Source of the DNA: a virus
Lineage: Duplodnaviria > Caudoviricetes
Reading direction: 5' to 3' (one strand)
DNA: 26,609 nt
Virus record (IMG/VR): IMGVR_UViG_3300027769_000113
Coordinates: 1 to 26,609 of that record
Shown: one piece after another, positions 9,241 through 17,372 of the stretch
Layout of the letters: every line of letters starts with the position of its first letter
How positions within the stretch are numbered: the first letter of the stretch is position 1
Notes under the pieces: model-generated
Database searches by the model: none
What the model saw: the letters and a program-made list of their open reading frames with translations, nothing else
What the model was told of the DNA's origin: nothing
Position numbers and translations under genes: made by a program

Positions 9241-9550
9241 AATTGAAAAACAACTTCAGAAAAGACTTGCGATTTTGAAGCAAGCAGGTCACGCCGCGCA
9301 CCGCTTTGCTCGCGCAGGCTTCGCCACCACGCCACCGGAAGCACTCGCCACCAGAGAAGCAACGTGCCGAGCCTGTCCCGAATGGGACGCCGCCGCCTTG
9401 AACGCCACAGGCCGCTGTCGCAAATGCGGCTGTAGCACTTGGGCCAAACTACGCATGGCCACCGAGCGATGCCCGCTCGGCAAGTGGGAAGCCACCGAGG
9501 TTTCAAGTCTCAAGTCTCCGGTTTCCAGTTTCTCTCCCCCCTCCGCGTGA
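9233..9550 (+). CDS. Cys-rich putative metal-binding protein
   Basis: CRAC...CRKCGC...K...CPLGKW pattern; ATG 9233 overlaps the previous gene end. Confidence 0.75.
   Translation: MLEIEKQLQKRLAILKQAGHAAHRFARAGFATTPPEALATREATCRACPEWDAAALNATGRCRKCGCSTWAKLRMATERCPLGKWEATEVSSLKSPVSSFSPPSA
9499..9533 (+). repeat. heptamer tandem array, inverted relative to 8655-8689
   Basis: GGTTTCA AGTCTCA AGTCTCC GGTTTCC AGTTTCT. Confidence 0.85.
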
Positions 9551-9600
9551 GTCCTCCCCCTCCGCTCCGCTCCTGACCTAGTTCCGCGCCCGCCGCGCAT

Positions 9601-9606
9601 TTGACA
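9601..9606 (+). promoter_or_regulatory. TTGACA element
   Basis: Intergenic TTTGACA-N14-AGCGGC-ATG. Confidence 0.55.
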
Positions 9607-9626
9607 TCACGCCGCCTCGTAGCGGC

Positions 9627-10817
9627 ATGAAACTATTCATTGATTTAACTTCTCGGAGATTCGTCAAGTCGGCGGCATCCTCCGCCGCTCTCCAGGCGCT
9701 TACGCTCAAGCGCCGCGACCTTCTCCCCATGGAGATCCAGTTTGTGCTTCGCGGGGCCGCCGTCGCCACGCCCTCCGGCACCACATTTTCCACCGCGCTC
9801 AAAGCCAGCTACGCCGATACCAACTTCCTCGCCCTCGCCGCCGCCGGGGTGCTCGACCTCAACACCATCCCCCTCGAGGCCGCCTTCGCATCCTCCCCCG
9901 CCGTAGTCCCCGCGCTCCTTGAGGTCAAGTGGACCTCCACCGGCGAAGCCACGCGCACCGCCACTCTCCCCGTCGAGATCCAGAACTCCGTCATCATCGG
10001 CACCGAGGCCACGCCAATCGCCATGCCCGACGGCAAGGCCACCCAAGCGCAAGCCGAGGCAGGCACCGATAACTCCGCCTGGATGACCCCGCTCCGCACC
10101 GCGCAGGCCATTCTCCGCCTCGCCGCCACTTCCTGGGGGTCGATCACCGGCAAGCCGACCGACTTTCCAGCCTCTCCGCACACCCACCCCGCCGCACAGA
10201 TCACCGATTTTGCCGCCGCCGTGGTCGCCGTATCGCCCCCCGTCGCCTGGTCAAACTTGACGGGTAAGCCAGCCACATTTCCCGCCACCGCCCACACGCA
10301 CCCCGCCACCGACATCACCGGCCTATCCGCTTTCATCGTCGCCAGCGCCCCCGGCCTCAGCATCAACACCACCGTCCGCACCGGCGACGGCACCGCGACC
10401 ACATTCCTCATCGATGGCCTCGCAGGCAACGACCCCGAGCATGTCCTCGTCGCCCTCAATGGCGTCACCCAGACCCCCGTCACCGACTACACGGTCAGCG
10501 AAGCCAGCGGCACGATCACCTTCGACGCCGCTCCCGCCGCAGGCACCCAGATCGCCGCCACCGCCCTCGGCCTCCGCAGCGTCCAACCGCCCATCGATCC
10601 GCTTCTCTACCTCTTCGCCTTCGCCACCAGCACGGACGGACTCACGACCTACAGCGGGCGACTCCTCAATGCCGACCGCCCCGTTTTGCCAGCCCTGCCA
10701 GAGACCGCCACATCGTGGACCGTCCGCCGCTCCACGACCGACGCCGCCGGGCGCGTCCTCGCCACCTCATCCGCCACCGGATCGTGGCTCAACCGGGAGA
10801 CTCTCGTTTTCGCATGA
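9627..10817 (+). CDS. tail fibre/baseplate-associated protein
   Basis: Two W-x-x-(I/L)TGKP..FP...HTHP...IT tail-fibre repeats; ATQAQAEAGTDN motif; GDGT..LNGV.Q domain. Confidence 0.75.
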   Translation: MKLFIDLTSRRFVKSAASSAALQALTLKRRDLLPMEIQFVLRGAAVATPSGTTFSTALKASYADTNFLALAAAGVLDLNTIPLEAAFASSPAVVPALLEVKWTSTGEATRTATLPVEIQNSVIIGTEATPIAMPDGKATQAQAEAGTDNSAWMTPLRTAQAILRLAATSWGSITGKPTDFPASPHTHPAAQITDFAAAVVAVSPPVAWSNLTGKPATFPATAHTHPATDITGLSAFIVASAPGLSINTTVRTGDGTATTFLIDGLAGNDPEHVLVALNGVTQTPVTDYTVSEASGTITFDAAPAAGTQIAATALGLRSVQPPIDPLLYLFAFATSTDGLTTYSGRLLNADRPVLPALPETATSWTVRRSTTDAAGRVLATSSATGSWLNRETLVFA

Positions 10818-11041
10818 CAACAATTACCGAGAGCAACCTAACCCAGCAACTCGATCTCTCGAGCTTCGACCTCACCCTGCCAGGCATCGTTGTCGAATAC
10901 CCAACCCGCTCCAATTTTCCAAGCACCGGAAAAGCCGACCGCTTCTACATGGCCCTCGACGAAGGCATGCCCTACCGCTGGTCGCCCACCGCGAGCAGTT
11001 ACGCCCTAATGATCCCGATCATCGATTGCGGCAGTTTTTGA
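10814..11041 (+). CDS. small tail fibre adaptor-like protein
   Basis: ATGA overlap; FPSTG....Y......YRW motif; ends IDCGSF. Confidence 0.65.
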   Translation: MTTITESNLTQQLDLSSFDLTLPGIVVEYPTRSNFPSTGKADRFYMALDEGMPYRWSPTASSYALMIPIIDCGSF

Positions 11042-11043
11042 CA
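11038..11043 (+). promoter_or_regulatory. TTGACA element
   Basis: TTTTTGACA-N13-GAAC followed by an A/C-rich leader to ATG 11096. Confidence 0.55.
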
Positions 11044-11095
11044 ATCTCCCTACCACGAACACCCAACCAAAACCAACAACACCACCTAATTAGTC

Positions 11096-11989
11096 ATGCC
11101 TAATCCTATCATTCGCGTAAAACGCGGTTCCGGCACGCCGGTCTCGCTTCAAGTCGGGGAAGTAGCCTTCGACTCCACAAACAAGTCATTTTTCATCGGC
11201 ACAGCCGAAGGCGTCCTGCCAATCGGCGGCGAGCATGTCTTCGCAAAGAAGACCTTCGTTTCCGACGCCGTAGCAGCCGAGGCCGCGCTTCGCAGCTCAG
11301 GCGACTCGACACTCACCAGCAGCCTCTCGAGCGAAATCAGCCGCGCCACCGCAGCCGAAGGCGTTGTAGCCGCAAACCTCGCTCAAGAGATCATCGACCG
11401 CGCCGCCGCTGTCAGCTCAGAAGCCTCCGCTCGCTCCAGCGCAGACACGACCCTCGACGGCAAGATCACCACGGAAAAAGGCCGCATCGATGCGATCCTC
11501 TCCGCCGCTGATGCCGACAAGGACACCTTCGCCGAGATCGTCACATTGATCAATTCGGTCGACACGACCAACGATTCCGCATTTGCCGGTTATGTCACAT
11601 CGAACAACGCCGCGCTCGCAGCCGAAGTCACGAACCGCACGAATGCCGACACCGCCCTCGGTGGCCGCATCGACAGCGTCGAGTCCGCCGCGACAGCCCT
11701 CACCACCCGCGTCACCGCAGCTGAGGCCGACATTAACACCGAAGAGTCTGCCCGCGCAGCCGCCGACACGACTCTTCAGTCGAACATCACCGCCGAAGCA
11801 AGCACACGCTCCAGCGCTGACACGACTCTTCAGTCCAACATCACCGCTGAAGCGACAACCCGCGCCAGCGCTGACACCAGCCTGCAAACGAACATCACAA
11901 GCGAGGCGACCGCCCGCGCCAGTGCAGACGACGCGCTCGACGCTCGCCTGGACAGCCTCGAGGCCAGCATCGACGGCGGCACCTACTAA
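11096..11989 (+). CDS. coiled-coil tail fibre/whisker protein
   Basis: N-terminal IRVKRG...GEVAFD..N...FIG (Mtd N-terminal-like); E..AR..AD..L repeats; ends IDGGTY. Confidence 0.75.
   Translation: MPNPIIRVKRGSGTPVSLQVGEVAFDSTNKSFFIGTAEGVLPIGGEHVFAKKTFVSDAVAAEAALRSSGDSTLTSSLSSEISRATAAEGVVAANLAQEIIDRAAAVSSEASARSSADTTLDGKITTEKGRIDAILSAADADKDTFAEIVTLINSVDTTNDSAFAGYVTSNNAALAAEVTNRTNADTALGGRIDSVESAATALTTRVTAAEADINTEESARAAADTTLQSNITAEASTRSSADTTLQSNITAEATTRASADTSLQTNITSEATARASADDALDARLDSLEASIDGGTY
11765..11926 (+). repeat. three 54-bp coding tandem repeats
   Basis: GACAC...CA(G/A)...AACATCAC units start at 11765, 11819 and 11873. Confidence 0.8.
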
Positions 11990-11998
11990 CCCGCAACC

Positions 11999-12043
11999 AC
12001 TCCCTGGCGGGGCGGCCTATGCCGCCTCGCCAAGCGGGGGAGT
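11999..12043 (+). other. GC-rich intergenic stem-loop
   Basis: TGGCGGGGCGGC-CTAT-GCCGCCTCGCCA with outer ACTCCC/GGGAGT pairing. Confidence 0.65.
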
Positions 12044-12073
12044 TAAAAATCTCCGCTGAATAAAAAAAGGCCC

Positions 12074-12454
12074 ATGCCAAATCCAACCATCATCCCAAAA
12101 AAGTCGGTCCAAGCCTCAGCCATACCGACGACCTCGCAGCTCGCCCTCGGCGAGATTTGCGTGAACCACGCCGACCGACGCATCTACTCGCGCAACCCCA
12201 GCACCGGCGAAGTCTATAAATTGGCCGGCACCAAAGACGCCCCCGACCGCGTCTGGGCCTTCGACATCTCCGCCGACGGCCTCACCACCTACCTCGGCTT
12301 CCTCCTCTACGCCGACTTTCCCAACAACGGCAGCGTCTACGACAGCGCAGCCTGGGAAATCTCCCGCACCATCTTCAACGCCTCCGGCACCACATCGACC
12401 GAAAGCTCGGCCACCGGCGCGTGGGCGAACAAGCAGTCCTTGAATTATGCTTAG
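12074..12454 (+). CDS. tail fibre adaptor protein
   Basis: N-terminus MPNP..KK...LALGEICVN.AD resembles the 11096 product; C-terminus resembles the C-terminus of the 9627 product. Confidence 0.7.
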   Translation: MPNPTIIPKKSVQASAIPTTSQLALGEICVNHADRRIYSRNPSTGEVYKLAGTKDAPDRVWAFDISADGLTTYLGFLLYADFPNNGSVYDSAAWEISRTIFNASGTTSTESSATGAWANKQSLNYA

Positions 12455-13229
12455 CCCACTATACGGCCAACTCTCCCCCCTCCGCGTTCCGACCAAGGCT
12501 GTGCGGCAGGTGCAAGATTCTGACGCCATCACCTACATCGCCGCTGTCGAAACGGCAGACGGCCAATCGCTGGAAGCCGCAGTCCAATACGCCTACGAGG
12601 ATTTCATTCTTGGGTGTAAGGCAGACAGCATTTGGACCGCGATCAAAGCCTCCTGCATTCTCGCGGGCGCACGCACTCTCAGCGGCGCGCTTGCCCCACT
12701 CGTCGGCGCTGCGCCAACCAATAACAATTTTGTCAGCGGGGATTACGACCGAGCCGGATTGCTTGGAAATGCAACCACCAAAAGATTAAATACTAATAGG
12801 CATTCTACGGCTGATCCTCAAGACAATATGCATATGTCTGTTTACCTTAAAACGATAGCAGGAAATTACCATTTAGCCGCTACTGAAATATCAGCTAACG
12901 GAGTCAGTCAGCTTATCGATTCTCGTGTTAGAAATCGTTCCGTCAGTATAAATGGCTCTGTGGTTGGTTTAACGGCCCCTCAATTTTTAGGTGCAACGCG
13001 AAATTCTTCAGCAAATTTCACGCACAGAAGATTTGCTACAAACACAACCTACGCAACTGCATCACAAACTTCAGTGAATTCAAATTATTTTGTTTTTAGC
13101 GGTTCTGCAACAACTTCAAGAAGTTCCAGTCGGATTGCCTTTTACTCCATAGGCGAGTCTCTCGATCTCGCCCTTCTCAACGCCCGCGTCAGCACTCTTA
13201 TGACCGACCTCGCCGCCGCAATATCATGA
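12447..13229 (+). CDS. putative receptor-binding/lectin-like virion protein
   Basis: 260 aa; GC-rich ends with an AT-rich beta-rich middle. Confidence 0.55.
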   Translation: MLSPLYGQLSPLRVPTKAVRQVQDSDAITYIAAVETADGQSLEAAVQYAYEDFILGCKADSIWTAIKASCILAGARTLSGALAPLVGAAPTNNNFVSGDYDRAGLLGNATTKRLNTNRHSTADPQDNMHMSVYLKTIAGNYHLAATEISANGVSQLIDSRVRNRSVSINGSVVGLTAPQFLGATRNSSANFTHRRFATNTTYATASQTSVNSNYFVFSGSATTSRSSSRIAFYSIGESLDLALLNARVSTLMTDLAAAIS

Positions 13230-13543
13230 CACTTGCCGACCTCATCACCCAGCCCGTAAGCTACGATACAGCTAAAGACCTCGCTATTGTCTTTTCGCCC
13301 GAACTCGCCGCGCAACTCGCCGCCGTCCAAGCCGAGCACGGCAATCCGCGCCATGTGGCCGCGCCCGTCGATCTTGTCGATGGCCGAAAAATGCTTTGCG
13401 CGGATTTGCTCACCGAAGTCGGCCCCGGCGGCATCTACTCCGGAGGGTTCGCGCATCTTCCCGCCGAGCTTTTCCCATCCGTCGAAGTCCTCCCCATGTC
13501 CGAAGTCCTCCCGCTCCTGCCTCAACCCGAAGAAGAAATCTAA
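13226..13543 (+). CDS. hypothetical protein
   Basis: ATGA overlap, 105 aa. Confidence 0.7.
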   Translation: MTLADLITQPVSYDTAKDLAIVFSPELAAQLAAVQAEHGNPRHVAAPVDLVDGRKMLCADLLTEVGPGGIYSGGFAHLPAELFPSVEVLPMSEVLPLLPQPEEEI

Positions 13544-13557
13544 CCCAACCCACACCC

Positions 13558-14739
13558 ATGATCGAACAAGTATCAACCTCCGTAAAGTTCCTCGCCTTCT
13601 ACACGGCGTCGAAACAAGGCAAAACCGGCCTCACCGTCACTATCGACATTTACAATCCAAGCGGATCGCAGATCGTGACCGCAGGCAGCGCCACCGCTCT
13701 CGGCGGCGGGCTGTATTCCTACACGCTCTCGACCAACAACAGCGCAGAGGGCGAATACGCCGCCATCTTCAAAACCACCGACTCAACGGTGGACTCTCAG
13801 CACATTCCCTCCCTCTGGGTTCTAGGCCGCGCTGGAGTTGAAAATCTCGACGCCGCCACCAGCACCCGCCTGCCATCCAGCAGCTACACCGCCCCAGCGA
13901 ACTCGGACATCTCGGCCATCAAAGCGAAAACCGATGCACTGCCGAGCGATCCGGCAGACCAAAGCCTCGTCGAGGCAGCCATCACCGCGCTCTCGATCCC
14001 AACCGTTGTTCAAATCCGCACGGAGATGGACAGCAACAGCACCAAACTCGCCAATCTCGACACAACGGTATCAAGCCGCCTCGCAAGCTCGGCCTACACA
14101 GCTCCGACGAGCGCCCCGACAGCCGCCGCTGTGGCCTCCGCCGTGCGCACGGAATTGACCGAGATTTCAAACCTCGACGCAACCGTTTCTTCCCGCCTCG
14201 CCAGCTCGGCCTACAGCGCCGCGCCGACAACAGCACAGATCGCAACCGCCGTCGAAGCTAGCCTCCTCAACGAAGCAGACGGCCAAGCCGTCCTCAACGC
14301 CATCGTTGGGGCAATCGGCAACACCAACCTCAGCGAAGTCTCCCTCGTCGCCGCAGTCCGTGCCGACCTCGAGCGCGTCGGCGGAAAAATCGACAGCATC
14401 CCGACAACAGCCGCTCCGACAGCAGCCGCCAACGCGACAGCCGTGTGGGCCACCGCCTCGAAGACCATCACCGGCGGAACCGTGGACACCCTCACCAACT
14501 CGCCATCCGTGCCGTCTGCCGCGTCCATCGCCGCAGCCACAAGATCAGAGCTCGCCGTGGAGCTGGCACGCGTGGACGCCGCCGTGAGTACACGCCTCGC
14601 CGGTTCGGCCTACACCGCGCCAGCCAACAGCGATGTCGCCGCGATCAAAGCGAAAACCGATGCACTCAACACCGAGCGCCTTGCAAACGTGGCGACCACC
14701 GCCATCGTCGGAAACCTCATCGCCCAGGCTAATTCCTAA
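13558..14739 (+). CDS. A/T/S-rich repetitive virion protein
   Basis: ATG 13558 after an A/C-rich leader; repeats LDA.VS(S/T)RL..SAYTAP and ANSD..AIKAKTDAL. Confidence 0.7.
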   Translation: MIEQVSTSVKFLAFYTASKQGKTGLTVTIDIYNPSGSQIVTAGSATALGGGLYSYTLSTNNSAEGEYAAIFKTTDSTVDSQHIPSLWVLGRAGVENLDAATSTRLPSSSYTAPANSDISAIKAKTDALPSDPADQSLVEAAITALSIPTVVQIRTEMDSNSTKLANLDTTVSSRLASSAYTAPTSAPTAAAVASAVRTELTEISNLDATVSSRLASSAYSAAPTTAQIATAVEASLLNEADGQAVLNAIVGAIGNTNLSEVSLVAAVRADLERVGGKIDSIPTTAAPTAAANATAVWATASKTITGGTVDTLTNSPSVPSAASIAAATRSELAVELARVDAAVSTRLAGSAYTAPANSDVAAIKAKTDALNTERLANVATTAIVGNLIAQANS

Positions 14740-14740
14740 A

Positions 14741-15016
14741 ATGGACAAGCAGCTCCTCGAGCTAACGAACTACGCCAGCGGTCAATCCGACCGCTGGCTC
14801 TTCGTCTGCCTCCTCGTCATCGGCCTCGCCGCCGTCTTCACCCTGTTCAGATACTTCACTGGCAGATTGGACAACCTCCAAAACCGCATGGACAAACAAA
14901 CGGAGGAGTTCGTCGAGCACCTCAAAACAGCCAACTCCGAAATGCTATCCGTCATCGCATCCGCCCGCAGCGTCATCGAGCGCGTGGAGCGGAAACTTGA
15001 CACCAGACCCCAATAG
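14741..15016 (+). CDS. membrane protein, one TM plus coiled coil (holin- or i-spanin-like)
   Basis: WLFVCLLVIGLAAVFTLF hydrophobic helix followed by a heptad-rich tail. Confidence 0.6.
   Translation: MDKQLLELTNYASGQSDRWLFVCLLVIGLAAVFTLFRYFTGRLDNLQNRMDKQTEEFVEHLKTANSEMLSVIASARSVIERVERKLDTRPQ
14997..15002 (+). promoter_or_regulatory. TTGACA element
   Basis: CTTGACA-N15-ATG 15018. Confidence 0.45.
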
Positions 15017-15017
15017 T

Positions 15018-15191
15018 ATGGTCCTCCTTTTTAAAATCCTCGACAAGCTATCCGAAAATTCCACCTGGCGTGGGCTCATCCTGCTGGCCACAGCGGCAGG
15101 CGTGAACCTCGAGCCCGATCTGCAAAATCAAATTGTCGCCGCAGGCCTTGGCCTCGTCGGCCTCATCAACGTTCTCCGCAAAGGCAAATGA
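15018..15191 (+). CDS. putative holin
   Basis: 57 aa, E.STWRG motif, two hydrophobic segments, basic C-terminus. Confidence 0.65.
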   Translation: MVLLFKILDKLSENSTWRGLILLATAAGVNLEPDLQNQIVAAGLGLVGLINVLRKGK

Positions 15192-15442
15192 ACACGCAAG
15201 CCCGGAAGATCGCTTTCGCGCTCATCCTCTTGTCCTTCGTCTTCCTCGGAATGGCATTCCTGACAAGTTGCGTCAACGTGCCGATCCCGCCCTTCGGTGA
15301 GCGCATCGGCGAGCTCGGCAACCTCCAGCTCGCCCTCAGCGCAAAATACATTCCCGTCACGCCACCAGAATCCCCAGGCGAAAACGGCATGGCCTTTGCA
15401 TGGCAGAAATACGGCGAAGCCAAACTCCTCCGCGACAAATGA
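15188..15442 (+). CDS. putative lipoprotein (o-spanin candidate)
   Basis: Basic N-terminus, hydrophobic stretch, lipobox-like LTSC, Pro-rich mature part. Confidence 0.55.
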   Translation: MNTQARKIAFALILLSFVFLGMAFLTSCVNVPIPPFGERIGELGNLQLALSAKYIPVTPPESPGENGMAFAWQKYGEAKLLRDK

Positions 15443-15446
15443 ACAA

Positions 15447-15926
15447 ATGAACCTAGACGAACGCAGCGAGCGCAACCTCTCGACCCTCCACCCGGATCTC
15501 TACGCCCGCGCCGCCTCATTTATCCTCGCCGCCAAAAAGCTCGCCGCCCCGCTCGGCCTCGACGTCAAGTGCATTTGCGGCCTCCGCACATGGGCCGAGC
15601 AGGACGCCCTCTACGCCAAAGGCCGCACCACGCCCGGCCCTAGGGTCAGTAACGCCGCCGGTGGGGCCTCCATGCACAACTACTCACTGGCCCTCGATAT
15701 CGCCGTATTTTCCAAAGACGGCAAGACTTACCACGGCGACCACGCATTCTACCGCGAACTCGGACCCCTCGGCGAATCGCTCGGATTCGAGTGGGGAGGC
15801 CGTTGGAAATTCTGCGACGAACCCCACTACCAACTCCGGCCGAAGTGGGCGACCGGCATGACCGAGCGCGACATGCTCGCAGCCCTCCGCTCCCGAGTCT
15901 CCAAAAAAATCGACGTTCTGGCGTAG
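15447..15926 (+). CDS. endolysin, M15 family (L-Ala-D-Glu peptidase-like)
   Basis: RT..EQ..LY.KGRT, S.HNY..A.D and WGG.W...D.PH.Q motifs. Confidence 0.92.
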   Translation: MNLDERSERNLSTLHPDLYARAASFILAAKKLAAPLGLDVKCICGLRTWAEQDALYAKGRTTPGPRVSNAAGGASMHNYSLALDIAVFSKDGKTYHGDHAFYRELGPLGESLGFEWGGRWKFCDEPHYQLRPKWATGMTERDMLAALRSRVSKKIDVLA

Positions 15927-15995
15927 GGAAAAAAGCAAAAAACGCAACGCCCGCGCAACGCTCTTGTAAACTGCTAATAATCAGCACCCATTTTC

Positions 15996-16041
15996 CGATT
16001 CGTAATCGATAGGTCACGAGTTCGAGTCTCGTCGTCGGCTC
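15996..16041 (+). other. attP core: 3' half of tRNA-Thr(CGT)
   Basis: CGA-TTCGTAA-TCG anticodon arm, AGGTC variable loop, ACGAG-TTCGAGT-CTCGT T arm, CGTCGGC acceptor 3' strand; no 5' half; next to the integrase. Confidence 0.88.
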
Positions 16042-16060
16042 TCCTCTCTACAGCCCTCTA

Positions 16061-16095
16061 AACCGCTCCAGCATTGGCTGAGCGGGTTTTCTCTG
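16061..16095 (+). terminator. imperfect terminator-like hairpin after the tRNA fragment
   Basis: AACCGCTCCAGC / GCTGAGCGGGTT followed by T-rich sequence. Confidence 0.45.
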
Positions 16096-16112
16096 ATTAC
16101 CTTTGAAACTTG

Positions 16113-16140
16113 TTGAAAGTTGCTCTAAATGGCTTAAAAT
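16113..16140 (+). promoter_or_regulatory. sigma70-type integrase promoter
   Basis: TTGAAA-N16-TAAAAT-N6-ATG. Confidence 0.55.
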
Positions 16141-16146
16141 GCCATT

Positions 16147-17151
16147 ATGGACGCAACGGACGCAACACGACGCAACAAGCCGGTAATCACTATCAGGGAG
16201 GCCACGGTGCGTGGGCAAGCCCGCCACGTTGTTTTCTCGCGCATTGGAGGTAAAGAGAAACGCACGTTCTTTAATACTCGCCTCGAGGCACGCCTGCACC
16301 GCGATGCACTGGCTGAGAAATTAGAGACCGGAGGCACGGACGCCTTTAAAGAATCCTCTGGGCTTTCAGTTGAAAAGGCGTGGAAGGAATTTGCCCTGGT
16401 GCGGCTTCCGAAGCTCAAGGTAGGCAACCATACCCGACTCTTGAATTGGTGGTGGGGTCATTTTGTGGAGAAATACGGCTCGATGGGTATTCACGACATC
16501 AAGCCGGTCCACATCGAGTCTTTTCTGTCTCGCCCAAATTGGTGCGGGACTACGGCGCAACAGGGCTTCGTTTATCTTCGCCTTGTATTCAATTGGCTTG
16601 TGCGTTACGAGCTCTCTGCGGGCAACCCTGTGCTCAAGATCGACTCGCCGAAGGCCGCGCCTGAGCACCATCTTTTGACCATGCCGCAAATTAAGCGCCT
16701 TCTCGCCCTTACGGAAAAAGATGACCGCCTGCGGGCGTGGCTTGTCCTTGGGTTGTTCGGAGGCATGCGGATCTCGGAGGTCGGGCGATGCCTACCCAAG
16801 CACATAGAGGCGGAGGAGATCTTTGTTCCCATTCGGAAATCTACCGACCCTAAGCCTCGCCCGAGATTCGTCCCGATCCAGCCGGCGCTACTGCGCCACA
16901 TTCCGAAAAAATGGGACTGCCTCGAGGAAGGCTTTATCAAGCGAGACCGCACTGAGCTATGCAATGAGATGGGGTGGGCCGAGTGGCCGCAAAACTGCCT
17001 GCGTCACACCGCGGCCTCTATGCACCGTGCCATGTGGCAGGATAGTGCCAAGACCGCTTATTTCCTCGGCCATTCATCCCCGCGCATGGTCGAAGATAAA
17101 TACGCTAGGGGCGTGCGGCAAAGCGAAGCTAAAGCGTTTTGGGCTTTGTAA
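16147..17151 (+). CDS. int: tyrosine integrase
   Basis: GMRISE (catalytic R), NCLRH, LGHS and C-terminal Tyr; adjacent to attP. Confidence 0.93.
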   Translation: MDATDATRRNKPVITIREATVRGQARHVVFSRIGGKEKRTFFNTRLEARLHRDALAEKLETGGTDAFKESSGLSVEKAWKEFALVRLPKLKVGNHTRLLNWWWGHFVEKYGSMGIHDIKPVHIESFLSRPNWCGTTAQQGFVYLRLVFNWLVRYELSAGNPVLKIDSPKAAPEHHLLTMPQIKRLLALTEKDDRLRAWLVLGLFGGMRISEVGRCLPKHIEAEEIFVPIRKSTDPKPRPRFVPIQPALLRHIPKKWDCLEEGFIKRDRTELCNEMGWAEWPQNCLRHTAASMHRAMWQDSAKTAYFLGHSSPRMVEDKYARGVRQSEAKAFWAL

Positions 17152-17156
17152 AGCAA

Positions 17157-17372
17157 TTAAAGTGAGCAAGTTACCCCACCCCCCCCATCAGCCCCGTCTT
17201 TGCATGGGTAAGATTCTGAACACGAAGGGTCTTCGCCGGTAGTTATGTCGATGATCTTTCCTAGCCAGCCTTGCGGGAGCTCCGGGAAGTCCGAGTTGAT
17301 GACCCATTGCCGGAACTCTCTGACAGCTTCACCTCTTTGGCACCAGCACGAACTGGTGCATTCGGCTTTCCC
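17157..17372 (-). CDS. -1 frameshift extension of the leftward RHH protein (120 aa fusion)
   Basis: In-frame G GGA AAG, 6-nt spacer and hairpin; -1 frame open to TAA 17159-17157 with no start codon of its own. Confidence 0.65.
   Translation of the reverse strand, partial: GKAECTSSCWCQRGEAVREFRQWVINSDFPELPQGWLGKIIDITTGEDPSCSESYPCKDGADGGGGVTCSL

Noticed and set aside
8655-9533. CRISPR array or IS/MITE interpretation of the heptamer arrays
   Set aside because: No unique spacers, cas genes, transposase or clear target-site duplication
9627-14739. Diversity-generating retroelement
   Set aside because: No reverse transcriptase; repeats differ at synonymous positions rather than specifically at adenines
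15960-16045. Complete tRNA gene
   Set aside because: No D arm or 5' acceptor strand; only the 3' half is present
16990-17010. Integrase inactivation because HxxR reads NCLR
   Set aside because: That His is known to vary; R, R, H and Y catalytic positions are intact
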